DNA of 64,000 nucleotides from Saprolegnia diclina VS20 (Eukaryota). Shown piece after piece: positions 1-11,982 of the stretch. The notes under the pieces were generated by a model, which was not told where the DNA came from, did not search any database, and worked only from the letters and a program-made list of their open reading frames with translations. The translations under genes were made by a program, and so were the position numbers. The stretch is taken from positions 638,561 through 702,560 of the forward strand of contig NW_008246093.1 of NCBI RefSeq assembly GCF_000281045.1, written 5' to 3'. The first letter of the stretch is position 1. Each line of letters starts with the position of its first letter.

Positions 1-831
1 GCCTTCCGCAAGCCCGATATCATCAACATCATCAAGTTGCTTCTCGCGCACAATATGCCATGTGACCCAGAATGGATGAGAAGAGCCAGTAGTTTGAACA
101 ACGTGCCACTTGTGCGCTTCCTCCATGGACACCCCAATGTGTGCTCTCATACCGACGTGATCTGGCAGGCCATCGACGCCAAGGCGTGGGACGCCGTGGA
201 CTTTCTCTTGGCCAACTGCACGGCTGATGTCTCAGTTCACGCGCTCCGGTTGGCACTGGGATTCGGTAACCTCGTTGTCGTGTCGCGCATTTTGCGGCGC
301 CAGCCAGAGCTCCACCACGACGACCTTCTTGGGGTGGCGGTTCGAAACCGCAACATGGAGGCGATCACGTACTGCCTCACTGCCGGCATTGGCAAGCCTC
401 GGCAGTGCCTCCTCTACCATGCTTATCATCGACAGCACTCGACTACGAACCAGCTTCTGCTACCGTACTGCATGGATGCGACCAAGAGTCTCGACAATGT
501 AGTGTTTCTTTTAAAGCTCTACGAAACGTCGGACGACCGGGCACGGACGTTGCAGCTAATCTCAAGCGAGCTCCCGTATCAAGCGAGAAAGGTCGCCAAA
601 TCGGTACCGTTTGTATCGAGCGTGGCGGCGCGAGCGACGTCTCTACTGCACACTGGTGAGGTTCTCGACGGTGCGCTGGCCCTTGTCATTAGTCATCTCT
701 ATGCGACGGACGCCGACGTCACGGCCGCGCGACTGACGAGATTGGCCGACTTGGTCTTTGATGGCGAGCTCAAGACGCAGCTGTATCGCTTCATCACTCG
801 CAAGCGCAAGCGATACGTGCACACTGTGTGA
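1..831 (+). CDS. Large ankyrin-repeat protein, 5'-partial (C-terminal part)
   Basis: The frame is open from base 1 (AFRKPDIINIIKLLLAH...). It aligns by eye with the C-terminal halves of the 1531 and 8121 paralogs (LLLPYCM.AT..L.NV.FLL; ALALVI.H) and ends in basic RKRKR. Confidence 0.85.
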   Translation, partial: AFRKPDIINIIKLLLAHNMPCDPEWMRRASSLNNVPLVRFLHGHPNVCSHTDVIWQAIDAKAWDAVDFLLANCTADVSVHALRLALGFGNLVVVSRILRRQPELHHDDLLGVAVRNRNMEAITYCLTAGIGKPRQCLLYHAYHRQHSTTNQLLLPYCMDATKSLDNVVFLLKLYETSDDRARTLQLISSELPYQARKVAKSVPFVSSVAARATSLLHTGEVLDGALALVISHLYATDADVTAARLTRLADLVFDGELKTQLYRFITRKRKRYVHTV

Positions 832-1530
832 TAATGATCAAAACGATGTCAATTCACCGAGATAGCAAACCCGCTGGGTACAAGCTCGTACTAGTAGTGG
901 TCTAAAATCGTCATGGGCATCGCAGCTGATGTAGGCGCGACAAGTGTCCCACGTCTCGGAGGCGTGAGGCTTCTCTTACAACCATTTTGTCGGACTTTGC
1001 TTCGATCCCCGTTCCCGCTTGCTCGTCTGCTGCCTCAGTTCCCACTGCTCTTATCTGCAAGCGTGGCGTTGATAAACCTCTGCCTCCGAATAAGATCTTG
1101 TTTTGACAGGGCTTGGTCGATTGCGCAACCTCAACAACTATGGTAACGACCTTTCCCAGCGCCAGCGAGAAGTCGCATCGATGGTTTTTGAGTTTCAGTT
1201 TGGCTCGCACCAGGGATATGAAGTCGCGCACCAAGCCAAACATCAACATAAGAAAGAGATAAGAAATATGTTTTGAGATGGGTTCGCGACGTCAAACTCA
1301 ATGTGTACAACAAGACGCACTCATCGTCTCTGGCAAAGCAAGATGCCGCATGCAAACTTGCGTGTTTTGCAGTTTGTCAGTATAGTGTTCGATCAAAGAG
1401 AATATGATTTCCGACTAAACGAACAACCCTCAGAATACAACGGATCTAGCCCAACTGGTACATCCGAATAATGCGCTGTCGCAACGGTCCTTCGTGCATT
1501 TTTCGTTTTGCCTCTTGGACCAGAGCAGCG

Positions 1531-3610
1531 ATGGCAACGACGTTCGCGAGCACGATCCTCGCCCAGCCCACCATTGCAACGATGGTCTTTGCGTTTCAGT
1601 TTGGCGTCTACAACGACGTGCGTCCAGCCTTCCGCGCCTGCAACGAGCTCGTCGAGCTCAGCGCCATGCCAGCCCAGTACGAGTTTGACGTGTCGTTTGC
1701 CAAGGCATTCGCCCCCAACAACACTGCGTGGGACGCTCCCTGGCCCTGCTGCAGCCCCACGTACGGTCTGCACTACCGCCAGCGCGATGACCGGCTGCCG
1801 CTGCACATGGCTATTGCTGCCGGCTCGATGCGCCTCACCAAGCGCATGCTTGGCTGCCGCCCCGACCTTGCTTCGAACGACGCGATTCTCGTAGCTTTGT
1901 ACAAGAACCGGCTCGAGATTGCCGAATGGTTGCTGGACCACCGAGCGATGGAACCCGCGCTCTACGAACGCATCGACCTCGACGAACACGGTACGCTACC
2001 CATGCTCGAGAAAGAAGCTGACCGTAGCACGTCTAGACGACCGAGTGCGACTCGTCTACAATGCCCTGGACGGTGTTTTGCCCGTCGTCCTCGCACGCGA
2101 CGACACGAGAGGCGTCGAGTTGCTGCAGCGGTTTGGCCCGTGCCCCAACGGGATGGACCATGGAGCTCTCCGGCGCGCCGCGTTCAGCGCGACGCTCGAG
2201 AACTTGACGCTCGCACTGAACGTCTTTCCGTGGTTCAACGACCCGCACCTCATGGACGACTTTGCGAGTCGAGGTTTTTTGTCGTTGGTTCGCTCGCTGC
2301 ACGAACGCCACTTTGAGTGCTCAACGTACGCCATGGACAGAGCAGCGGCTGGCGGCCATTTGGAGGTTGTCAAGTTTCTGCATTTTAACCGGACCGAAGG
2401 CTGCACGACCAGTGCACTCAACGGCGCCATCAGCCATGGACACCTCGACGTTGTCCGCTTCCTTCTCGAGCACCGCACAGAAGGCGCATCGCCCAACATT
2501 CTGGAGTCTGCCGCGGCCGGTGGGCACCTGGACGTTGTCCAGTACCTCGACAGTCTCGGGACCTTTGCCTGCACCGAATTGGCTGTCGAAGACGCGGCGA
2601 GAGCTGGTCATCTGGAGGTCGTCAAGTTTCTCTTGGCGAACCGACATGAAGGCTGCGGCCGCGACCGCGTCGTTGCCGAAGCTCTCGAGGGCGGGAGTTT
2701 GCACATGGCAGAGTACCTGATGTCTCTTGGGTACCCGCTCGTGACGTCTGACATCCACTGGGGCGAGGCTTGCGACGTCTTTCGCAAGCCCGAGATGGTT
2801 GGCGTCCTTCGGCTTCTCGTCGCCCACGGCGAGCCGTGGGACGAATTCTGGCTGCTGGAAGCGTGCGATTCCAACAACGTGGCGCTCGTGAAGTTTATCC
2901 ACGCGAACTCGGACGCCATTTGCCACCCGGAAGCCTTGGCGCGAGCGATTGAGAACATGGCGTGGGCCATTGTGGACTATCTTTTGGCCCACTGCACGGC
3001 CGACATTGCGGTCGAGTCGCTGCAGGCGGCGCTACGCGGCGGTCACGTGGACCTTGCAGTGCGCCTGGTGGAGCGTCAGCCCGAGCTCCGACGCAATGGC
3101 TGCTTGCTTTTGGACGCGTTGAAAGGCCAGCACGTGGAGGTGATGCGGTACCTTCTCGCTGCTGGCTTTGGCTACCCGCCGGAGTGCCTCGTCGACGTTG
3201 TGGGTCGTCGAAACTATGTGACGGCGAGCAAGCTCTTGCTACCGTACTGTATGCATGCCACCGACCATCTTCCGAACGTCCTCTTCCTCTTGAGTGTGAT
3301 TGCGCTGCCCGACCGCCACCGCAAGACGACGCTCCAAGTGATCGCGCCCGAGCTCACGTACCAAGGAAAAATGTTGAGCTTGAGCGTCCAGCTTGCACCG
3401 AGCGTGGCCGTTCGTGCGACCACACTCTTTGAGGCGGGCGAGGTCGTCGACTGGGCTTTGGCGCTCGTCATTGGTCATCGTTGGGCAACGGACGTGACGG
3501 TCTGCATCGAAGACCTGTCCAAATGGACTGCTATGGTGGGCGACACGGAGCTCCAATCGCAGCTCACGCGCCTCCTCGCTAGCAAGCGCAAACTCTCGGG
3601 CGAAGCCTAA
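1531..3610 (+). CDS. Large ankyrin-repeat protein (2 exons; intron 1991-2027)
   Basis: MATTFASTIL start. A 37-nt GTACGC...CGTAG intron joins ORF 1471 to ORF 1919 in frame. Repeats of the type CTT.AMD.AA..GHL.VV.FL...R.EG. Paralog of the 8121 gene. Confidence 0.88.
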
Positions 3611-5036
3611 AGCCACATGTAGCCAATCGAACCTATTTTCTCCGTGTTGTGTTCTTGGATAGATCGCCACGTGTGGATAGTTGGATAGGATATATCCGTA
3701 CACTCGGTAGCCAGCCAAGATGTCCTTGTCATGCTGGCAGATGAAGACACGGCTCCCATACCGCATCCTCTCGCTTGCGTTGAAAATAGTGTTCAGGTTT
3801 GTTGATAATCCGATATCAGGTGTGACTTTTTCCAACTTGAAGCCAAGTAGCAGCTCGTCGTCATCCAGAAGCTAGGGGGGTGCGCATGCGTTGTAGTCGC
3901 AAGGAAGCGACTTGCAAGGCTGCGAATCGAGCTCACGACGCATCTCCTTACCTGCTCTCCACCAAACCGCGCATTCAGCAAGCGTAAATGTATGTGTCTA
4001 TAATACACAAGCTGCCGGCACATGCACTTTATGCAACTGAGAGACGTCAAAGCTTCGAGCGACGTTGCTGCATGTACCCCAGGGCACGTATCGTACACAT
4101 TGTACAATCTCAAAGAGTCGGACTAGTACATCATTGGCTCGAGACGCTCGCGTCGACAACACCAAACTGAAACTGAAAAACAAGTTGTACGAGTATCACG
4201 CAAGAGAATGCGTCCTCGCAATTCTCGCCGGATCCAAGTATGTCAATTGATACCAATCACATACTATCGACACGCTGACCGAGGCAGGGGAGGGCTTTAA
4301 ACCCCCGAAGTCGGTCCCTGGATCGTCAGTGATGCAGGAAGAACCTCACAGTCTAGGGCCTGAGAGCGCTTGGTTCTGACAAGGTGCTGGACAATCTCGC
4401 GTGGGACACGCAGATGATGACGCGCTCCGAGAGGAGGCCACGCGTCCCGGATGATAACACTTTCAATCGCTCGTATCTGGTCGCGCCACGTAGAAGCAAC
4501 GTTCTCTGCTTTCGGGTCGGGTGAGTGGCAAGTCAAACAGGTCAAATGCAAGGTGTGACACCGAGTAGCTTGCGAGCTTGGTCGGTTGATGCGAGATCCC
4601 GCATTGCCTAGAGGCACTAGCTCGACGGTACCAGCCGAGTGACCAGTGCTTCTCACTCGTGTACCTTTACGAGCACGTCGTTGTTGAGCTCGATCCCTTC
4701 TTCACCGAGGATGTGCAGCCGTGAGGCCCCAGCCCTACCGTAGAATGTACGGTTTCACTTGGTATTTGTATGCTGGTGATGTAGTGCACCGCTATGTATG
4801 TGGAAATCAAGGCATGACTAGGCGGCGCCGCGGCTACTATAGACTCTATGTCAACTGGCCTACATGATAAGCTATCGGGTTCTGATAGCAGCGAAGGCTA
4901 ACACTGCTATTTCACCACTTCAATGCGCGTACGGTACGAGAATGTACGGTACGTACTGTCTTAGATATTGTAGTGGAATGTACAATGTACGCCGAACCGG
5001 CCACCCTAGCTGGTCGAACGTGGTTGCGATCTCACC

Positions 5037-5052
5037 GCATTCTGCCATTTGC
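5037..5052 (+). promoter_or_regulatory. Oomycete INR+FPR core promoter element
   Basis: GCATTCTGCCATTTGC lies directly upstream of ATG 5054 and is close to the YCAYTYY-NN-MWTTTNC pattern. Confidence 0.6.
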
Positions 5053-5053
5053 C

Positions 5054-5983
5054 ATGTTCTACGCCATTGGTTTCGCCCTCGTCGCTGCCGTGCTCGCCGG
5101 TCTCTCGCCGCTATACTGGACGCGCCTCTACTTTGTGCCCGTCCTCGAGATCGTCGCGCACGCGGTCCTCTGGTCGACGCTGCTGCTGCTGATCGCGATC
5201 GCCGCCACAGGCCGCCTCGGCCTCTTTGCGAACGCGCTCGACAAACGCACGGTGCTCCTGCACTGCATCGCCAACTTGTTTATGGTCTGCAACTACTACC
5301 TCCTCGTCTACGCCTCGCTGCACGCAACGTTGCTCTTGCTGAGCATGGGCTACTTCTTGGCGCCGTTGCTCGAGAGCCTTCTTGGCCGCGTCTTTCGCCG
5401 TGAAGCGCTCTCGTCGCGCCAGAATGTCGCCATCCTCGTCGGCGTCTTTGCTGCCATCGTCATTGGCATTGGTTTCGAAGCCGTCCCGGTCGTCGGGCTC
5501 CTCGCCGCCGTCTCGATGGCGCTCCACCGCGTGTTGACGAGCTTCAAGCCGCTGCCACCCGACATGAGCGCCGCGCTCGAAGGTCTTGGCCTCATCGTGC
5601 CCGCGATCGCGTACATTGCTGTCATCACCGCGAACGGCACGAGCCTCTTTTGGCACATTAGCGGCCAAGTGAACGGGCTTCTTCTCGGTTCCGGCCTCAT
5701 CGTCGCACTGCCACTCTTCTTTGTGTGCAAGGCGGCGGCGTCGCTCTGCCCCAACGTCCTCCAGCTCGTGGGCTACGCGACGCCAACGTTGTTTCTGCTC
5801 TTGGCGATTTTCAACACGGGCGAAGCTCTCCCGCTTATCGCGTTCATCGGGTTCCTCATGCTCTGGATGGCGTTTACGATGGACATCATGGAGCGCCTCC
5901 GTCGGACCAAGGAGACCAAGGCGTCCGAGATCCTCGGCGACGCCGGCGTCGGCGACGGCTTCATCGCGGCCAGCCCCGTCTAA
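5054..5983 (+). CDS. RarD-like EamA/DMT transporter, intronless
   Basis: About 10 hydrophobic segments. Motifs GLSPLYW...EIVAHAVLWS, SMGYFLAPL, F.E.LS..Q and QLVGYATPT resemble bacterial RarD. Confidence 0.8.
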   Translation: MFYAIGFALVAAVLAGLSPLYWTRLYFVPVLEIVAHAVLWSTLLLLIAIAATGRLGLFANALDKRTVLLHCIANLFMVCNYYLLVYASLHATLLLLSMGYFLAPLLESLLGRVFRREALSSRQNVAILVGVFAAIVIGIGFEAVPVVGLLAAVSMALHRVLTSFKPLPPDMSAALEGLGLIVPAIAYIAVITANGTSLFWHISGQVNGLLLGSGLIVALPLFFVCKAAASLCPNVLQLVGYATPTLFLLLAIFNTGEALPLIAFIGFLMLWMAFTMDIMERLRRTKETKASEILGDAGVGDGFIAASPV

Positions 5984-6077
5984 GCCGACACGTTTTGAGC
6001 TGTACACCTACCGTGTTTATTAACTGCCGTGTCAATACACCTCCGTATGTCGTGTGCGGAAGTCCATGAAGGACCAT

Positions 6078-6440
6078 TGTTGTGCAGCGAGCGCGACGCC
6101 TGTGCGTCACCGAGGCGTAGCGAGCGAGCTACAGTAGCAACATGAGATCGTCGTCGTGGATAGCGAGAGATAGCTAGTGGAAGACAAGCGCAGAAGCAGC
6201 AGCCGCGCCGACCCGAGCGCCGCCATCGGCGTTCTCTGTGGCAGCGTATTGCCAGGACACACGCGCACGAGGGTATGTGTCAAGTCGTGCCGATGGCGGG
6301 CCCGGATCGGTGGCTACTGCTTCAATGGTTCAATGAACCCTTGCTCGTTCAGATGGTAAAAACGAGCTGCGACTGCTTCTCCCTCGGAGCGACAGGGCGA
6401 GTTGCAAAGGCAAGTAGCTCATCTTAGAGCCAGCGCATCA
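6078..6440. mobile_element. Diverged solo-LTR-like repeat related to the 19939 and 26285 copies
   Basis: TG...CA termini with an imperfect terminal inverted repeat and flanks ccat/ccac. The core 6208-6320 matches 20148-20260 (CACACGCGCACGAGGG.ATGTG...TGCCGATGGCGGG). Confidence 0.5.
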
Positions 6441-6920
6441 CCACTGCGCAAAGCCTGTATCGACTGCCAGCAGTGGGCAACCAGCGAGCTACACTGGCCG
6501 AGAGCTGGCGGGACCACTGCTCCAACTCGAACGATGACGCTCCGACGTCGCTTGCGCTTCCTGGCGCATCCTCCTCCTGGAAAGGAAGGAGGTGCCTGCA
6601 ATCAGCTTTGAGAAAACAGAGGTCCGGCTACTCGGTCCAGCCCTCGACCACCGCCAGGCATCTATCTCGGCGCTTGGCACCTCGTCCCAGCGACGACACC
6701 TTCGCGTCACCTCGTCCCAACGACCCGCGCAGCCGTCTCGGTCGGCGCTCGAGCTGACGCAGGTTGCATCTTGGCACTTCAATGCACGGCGTTTCGTACC
6801 GTACACAATGTACGTTTCATTTGATGCTTTGTATGCAATGTACGAGTACATAGCGTACATTCCACCGCCGTGGCGATCTTGGCGAGTCTGCCAGTTGGCC
6901 TTTCTGAGCGAAGTGCGAGT

Positions 6921-7883
6921 ATGTTTCAAGGGCTCGTCTGCGCACTGGCAGCGTACGTTGTGGCCGGCGCCTTCCCGCTCTACTGGCGGCTTCTGGACGC
7001 TGCACCGTTCCTGCAGGTCGCTGCGCACTGCGTCGTCTGGGCCGCCACGACCCTTCTCGTGCTCCTCGTCTGCACGGGCCAGTGGCGGGATTTCTGGACG
7101 CTGGGCCTCACGCGCAAGAACGTCCTAGTGTACTCGCTTGCCGGTGCCTTGCTTGGCTTCAACTACGTCGTCATGATCTACGGCACAGCGACCCGAAACG
7201 TGCTCGCGCTCAGCGCCGGTCTCTTCCTCTCGCCCTTCATGGACGCCATCCTCGCCCGCGCCATCCTCGGCGAGCCCGTTTCGTGGCGACAGTACGCCTC
7301 GATCGCGTGCTCGCTTGTCGGCCTCAGTCTTGTCGGCGTCGGCAGCGCGTCGACCCCAATCTTAGCTCTCGTATTGCCCGTGACCACCGGCATATACAAC
7401 ATCCTCAAGCCCATGGCGCCGCTCGAGATGCTGCACGGCTACGCGCTCGAAGCGCTCCTCGTGCTGCCCATCGCCGCCGCGTACATCATTACCGAGTCGG
7501 TGCGCGGGTCGAGCGTCTTTGTCACCGGCGGCCCGAGCGTCAGCTGTCTCCTCGTCGGCGCCGGGCTCCTCTCGGTGGTGCCTCTGCTCTTGCTCACCCG
7601 TGCCGCCATGCTCTTACCGACCGTCTCGTTCAGCGCGCTCCAGTACATCGCGCCCATCGTCCAGCTGTGCCTCGCCATATTCTACTTCAAGGAACCTCTG
7701 GCGTGGCTCGAGCTGGTTGGCTGTGGCATCATCATGCTGGCGGCCGTCGCTTTTACCTACGAGAGCGTTCGCGAGACGAACAAGGCCAACGATCTCCTGC
7801 CGGTGCTCTACACCATCTACTTGTATGGCAGCCCCGTACAGTCGAGCTTGGGGTATTGCGACCGGCCGTCGTTCGAGGTCTAG
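6921..7883 (+). CDS. RarD-like EamA/DMT transporter, intronless (paralog of 5054)
   Basis: Motifs AYVVAGAFPLYWRLL...QVAAHCVVWA, LGE.VS.RQ and LQYIAPIVQLCLAIFYFKEPL; about 10 TM segments. Confidence 0.82.
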   Translation: MFQGLVCALAAYVVAGAFPLYWRLLDAAPFLQVAAHCVVWAATTLLVLLVCTGQWRDFWTLGLTRKNVLVYSLAGALLGFNYVVMIYGTATRNVLALSAGLFLSPFMDAILARAILGEPVSWRQYASIACSLVGLSLVGVGSASTPILALVLPVTTGIYNILKPMAPLEMLHGYALEALLVLPIAAAYIITESVRGSSVFVTGGPSVSCLLVGAGLLSVVPLLLLTRAAMLLPTVSFSALQYIAPIVQLCLAIFYFKEPLAWLELVGCGIIMLAAVAFTYESVRETNKANDLLPVLYTIYLYGSPVQSSLGYCDRPSFEV

Positions 7884-7985
7884 TGCAATGTTAAAATTGG
7901 TGAATCGGTTGTCGTCTTTGGGTATTGTGACCGTTCAAAGTGTAGTGCAACGTTAAAATTGGTGAACCGGTTGTCGTCTTGGGGT
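7847..7985 (+). repeat. Two-copy tandem duplication (~62-70 bp unit) overlapping the RarD-2 stop codon
   Basis: TAGTGCAA.GTTAAAATTGGTGAA.CGGTTGTCGTCTT.GGGT occurs twice in direct succession. Confidence 0.8.
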
Positions 7986-8120
7986 TAGGGTTGTGCAAAA
8001 TGCGGGTGGCGGATCGGTCATTTCCTTTCAAAGCGCAAGTCTTGGCAGTTGGGACCGTGCGTTTAAACAAGCTTGGAAACCAGAGGCTTGGATGGTATTG
8101 CAGTTTTGCGTGGCTGAGCC

Positions 8121-10157
8121 ATGGCAGCGACCTTCACCAGCACGATCCTCGGCCAGCCCGAGATCGCGTCCATCGTCTTTGGGTTGCAGTTTGGCATCTA
8201 CGAAGACGTTCGCCCGGCCTTCCGCGCTTGCAGCGAGCTCGTCGAGTTTGTCGCTGAGCCGGACAATGAAGAATACGAGTGCGACGTGTCCTTTCCGCAG
8301 GCGTTTGCACCCAATGCCGAGTGGCCGTACAACCACGGGACGTTTGACCCGCAAAAGTACGCTCTGCACTGCCACGAGCGAGACGACCGCTTCCCGCTGC
8401 ACATGGCGATCGCCGTGGGCTGTTTGGAGCTGACCAAGCGCATCCTCCAGTGCCGACCGGACCTCGCCTCGGAGGACGCGATTCGTTTGGCCCTTGGAGA
8501 GAACCGCCTCGAGATTGCCGACTTCTTGCTGGCGCGGCGGGCGACGCTGCCGCAGCTCTATCGACGCGTCAACTACGACGCCGCGGGTACGCTTCCATTG
8601 GGAGCATGGAGGTTGGATGTTGACGCAAAGCGCGTAGACGTCTCTCGAGGCCCGAGTGTTATGACGTCGGAACTTTTGGCGCAAGCAGATTCGAGAGGCG
8701 TCGAGCTGCTTCGGCGCTTTGGCCTGCCCCGCGACGACGACTTCTACCACGACATAGTGCACGCGGTCTACGATGCGACGCTCGAGAACACGACGCTCGC
8801 CCTCGACGCGTTTCCATGGCTCCACTGCCCAGCTATCTTGAACGCTGTCGCGGCGCGAGGGTTCTTGCCGCTCGTGCAGTCGCTCCACGAACGCGGTGTC
8901 AACGGCTCGGTCAATGCGATGGACAACGCCGCCACCAACGGCCATTTGCCGGTCGTTCGCTTTCTCCATGAGCATCGAACCGAAGGCTGCACGACCAAGG
9001 CGCTCAGCGGCGCCATTTCCAACGGCCACCTTGACGTTGTCCGCTTCTTGATCGAGCACCGATCCGAAGGGGCGTCGCGCAACATCCTCGACCGCGCTGC
9101 TGCCAACGGCCACCTTGACGTCGTCAAGTACCTCCATTCTCTTGGCACATTTGGCTGTACCGTCGCCGCCGTCGACCAAGCTGCTTTTGGTGGTCATCGG
9201 AACGTCGTCGCGTTTCTCTTGACGCACCGAAGCGAAGGCTGCAGTCGCAACGGTGTGGTCGAGAAGGCTCTCAACGGCGGCCATTTGCGCACGGCAGAGT
9301 ACCTCCTCTCGCTCGGCTTTCCGTTTCCGAGTGGGGAAGTAGACTTCGACCCTCGCATCTACGACAAAGCCGAGATGATGGGTCTTTTCCGACTCGTCAT
9401 GGACCACGGCCAGCCGTGGCGCGAAGCCTGGGTGGAAAATGCGTGCACCAAGAACAACGTGCCTCTGGTGACATTTCTCCTCAAGCACCGAGACGCTCGC
9501 GCTTGCCCCGGAGCGCTCGCGACTGCGATCGTCGCACAAGCGATGGACGTTGTGCGTTATCTCTTGGCCAACTGCACGACGCATGTTTCGCCAGTTGCGC
9601 TTTTGTGGGCGTTGGGCCCTGGCAGCCGCGATCTTTTGTCGCAGATGCTGCGGCGTCACCCCGAGCTCCGGAACGACGAGCTGCTTCGTCGGGCTTCGAG
9701 CTACTTCAGCACGGAGGCAATGCGCTACCTCCTCCCTGCCGGCATTGGCAAGCCGCGCGAGTGCCTTGTCGAGGTTGCAGGTCGTCGACGGCACGTGACG
9801 GCAAGCAAGCTCTTGCTGCCGTACTGCATGAAGGCGACCAACCACCTCGACAACGTCATCTTTCTTCTGGAGCTTTTGGCGCTGCCCGACATTTGCCGTG
9901 CGACGACGCTCCGGTTGATCACGCCCGAGCTCACGTACCAAGGAAGAAAAGCCAGCCAAACGATACGGCTTCCACCGAGCGTGGCTGCGCGCGCATCAAC
10001 TCTGCTGGAGGCAGCCGAGACTGTCGATTGGGCTTTGGCTCTGGTGCTTGGTCATCTACATGCGACAGTGAGCCCTGAGGAGCTGGCAAAATGGACAAGC
10101 ATGGTTCGCGACGGCGAGCTCAAAACGCAACTGGCACACCACTGCAGCCTGCGCTAG
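8121..10157 (+). CDS. Large ankyrin-repeat protein (probable in-frame 51-nt intron 8587-8637)
   Basis: Multiple ankyrin repeats (AMDNAATNGHLPVVRFLHEHRTEGCTT). A GTACGC...CGTAG segment sits at the same position as the paralog's intron. Confidence 0.9.
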   Translation: MAATFTSTILGQPEIASIVFGLQFGIYEDVRPAFRACSELVEFVAEPDNEEYECDVSFPQAFAPNAEWPYNHGTFDPQKYALHCHERDDRFPLHMAIAVGCLELTKRILQCRPDLASEDAIRLALGENRLEIADFLLARRATLPQLYRRVNYDAAGTLPLGAWRLDVDAKRVDVSRGPSVMTSELLAQADSRGVELLRRFGLPRDDDFYHDIVHAVYDATLENTTLALDAFPWLHCPAILNAVAARGFLPLVQSLHERGVNGSVNAMDNAATNGHLPVVRFLHEHRTEGCTTKALSGAISNGHLDVVRFLIEHRSEGASRNILDRAAANGHLDVVKYLHSLGTFGCTVAAVDQAAFGGHRNVVAFLLTHRSEGCSRNGVVEKALNGGHLRTAEYLLSLGFPFPSGEVDFDPRIYDKAEMMGLFRLVMDHGQPWREAWVENACTKNNVPLVTFLLKHRDARACPGALATAIVAQAMDVVRYLLANCTTHVSPVALLWALGPGSRDLLSQMLRRHPELRNDELLRRASSYFSTEAMRYLLPAGIGKPRECLVEVAGRRRHVTASKLLLPYCMKATNHLDNVIFLLELLALPDICRATTLRLITPELTYQGRKASQTIRLPPSVAARASTLLEAAETVDWALALVLGHLHATVSPEELAKWTSMVRDGELKTQLAHHCSLR

Positions 10158-10395
10158 CGCTCGCCCTGTGACTCCGAATAAGCTTCGCATAAGGAATGGA
10201 ATACATGCTGCTGCACAGTCGTCGCCGGGCTCGTAGAATCACCACTCTCGACCACTAGTATGTTGGGACATAGCGTCGGTCCTTTGTAGCCAGAGTTCGA
10301 TCACACTGCGTCAAACGAGTTGTGAGAACTGTATGCAACTTCAACATTTCAAGTTGACACTAACGCCATTCTATTTTTAGCGTCCATTTAGTGTT

Positions 10396-11982
10396 ATGGC
10401 GACACGAGCGCCCCGGTAGGCCGCTGGCAGATGCGCAAACCTCATGCTCTCTGGGTAGCCAAGGGCTGTCGCCGCGCCGCCGGGAGCGGCTCCTGCGCGT
10501 GCTCAAGCGCGAGCAGCAGGCGCATCGGTATGCACCACGTCGCCTCTATATGTCGCTCACCGAGCCAATGTAGCGTGCCCGTGCTTGGCGACGTAGTGCG
10601 AAAGGCCAAGGGTTCGAGCCCGGCGACGCCCAAGGCCGAGCTTCGCATTCACAAGGTGCTGCAGAGTCGAGAGTCGCGGACACCAGTCGTCGCACCGTCG
10701 AGCTGCAACCAGTACCAACAAGACCTCGAGGACGAAGACGCTCGGTGCTGCCATCCGTAGCCTGTCTCTTCTCACCGAGAAATGCCATAGCGTCCACGCC
10801 CACGAAGCCTTTACGCTACAAGAGAGGAAGGCCCGGCAACGATCGTACAGCAGCGCCCTCATCGAGCAGGTCGATCCCGAACCATCGTGCCTGCTGAAAG
10901 ACAACGCTGTAGATGCATGCCAAGCTACAACTCCAAGACGCCGACGCCGTCGACAACCGACTCTACGCCGAGCATCTCGCGTGGGAAGGCGTTCAAACCG
11001 ACGTCTACGAGGTGCAGCCGACAAGCATTCTGACGTCTGACAATCTTGCGGGTGTAGAAGGCCAAAGCAGACGCTGAGCGCAAGGCGACGACCGAGGTGC
11101 ACGCAGCGCACCGGGCGACAGCCGACCAAGCCAAGCGGTGGCAGGCCGTGCAGGACCTTCTTCAGCGCTTTAACGATCGCATGCTCCTCTTGCCACCGGC
11201 CGAGGCACGGCGTGTACGTCTAACTTACCATTTCCAACGCCGAGTGCATTGCATATGCCTAGACGTTTGACGACGCGTCGCGAGAGCTCCACCGCGTCTG
11301 TGCGAGCGTCTTTGCCTCGGTACATCCTCCATCACCACTCAACTTCATTCGGCGAGTGTAGAAGCACAAGGACGAGTGGCTTGCTGTCGAGGTGCTGGAC
11401 TGTCGACGCCAACTCCGATCTTATTGGCTGTACTATAGCACTGCCTCGCTCGCAAACTGCCACGTATTTTGCACGAAATTCAAATGAACGAGGAGCAAGA
11501 GCTCCAGGCGGCGGTATAACGAAGGCCTTGAAATCTCGCCTCAGTGTTGAAACTAGGAGCTCGCTGCGGCCAAGGCGACCCAAGTCCGACTCGTCAAAGA
11601 GAGTCAGAGAAGCCAGATCGAGCGACGCGCGACGCTCCGGCGCGACCGCCGACACGAAGAGGTAGTCGGCTTTGCGTGCTACTGCGCGCAAGTATTGGTG
11701 GGAAGAACACTTATCGCGTCCATTCTTCAGCGCGCGCTTTTGCATATGCTGGAACAGGACAAGGCCACGCTCGACGCCCACGTCGCCGCCGTGCAGGAAA
11801 CGCGGCAGGCGCGGCAGCAGCAGCACCAAGCGGTGCGCATCCGTGTCCGTGGGACAACAAATGACTTATTTCGAGCACAGGCCTTACGGGCGCAAATTCT
11901 CGCACGGGACGAGCTACGCACGCTCGACCGGCCGTTCCAGCGGCGACCAAAAGGCCCTGTGGCAAAACGCGAGGTCGTTTGA
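10396..11982 (+). CDS. Multi-exon hypothetical coiled-coil protein
   Basis: Several 40-50 nt GT-AG introns join E/Q/R/A-rich exons in frame (MATRAPR-QGLSPRRRERLL...; LLHMLEQDKATLDAHV...). The structure between 11210 and 11600 is unresolved. Confidence 0.5.

Noticed and set aside
1919..2316. Programmed frameshift or pseudogene in the ankyrin gene
   Set aside because: Fully explained by a canonical 37-nt intron at 1991-2027.
3620..4900. Short ORFs and purine tracts in the intergenic region
   Set aside because: No coding bias, homology or repeat partner is visible within the window.
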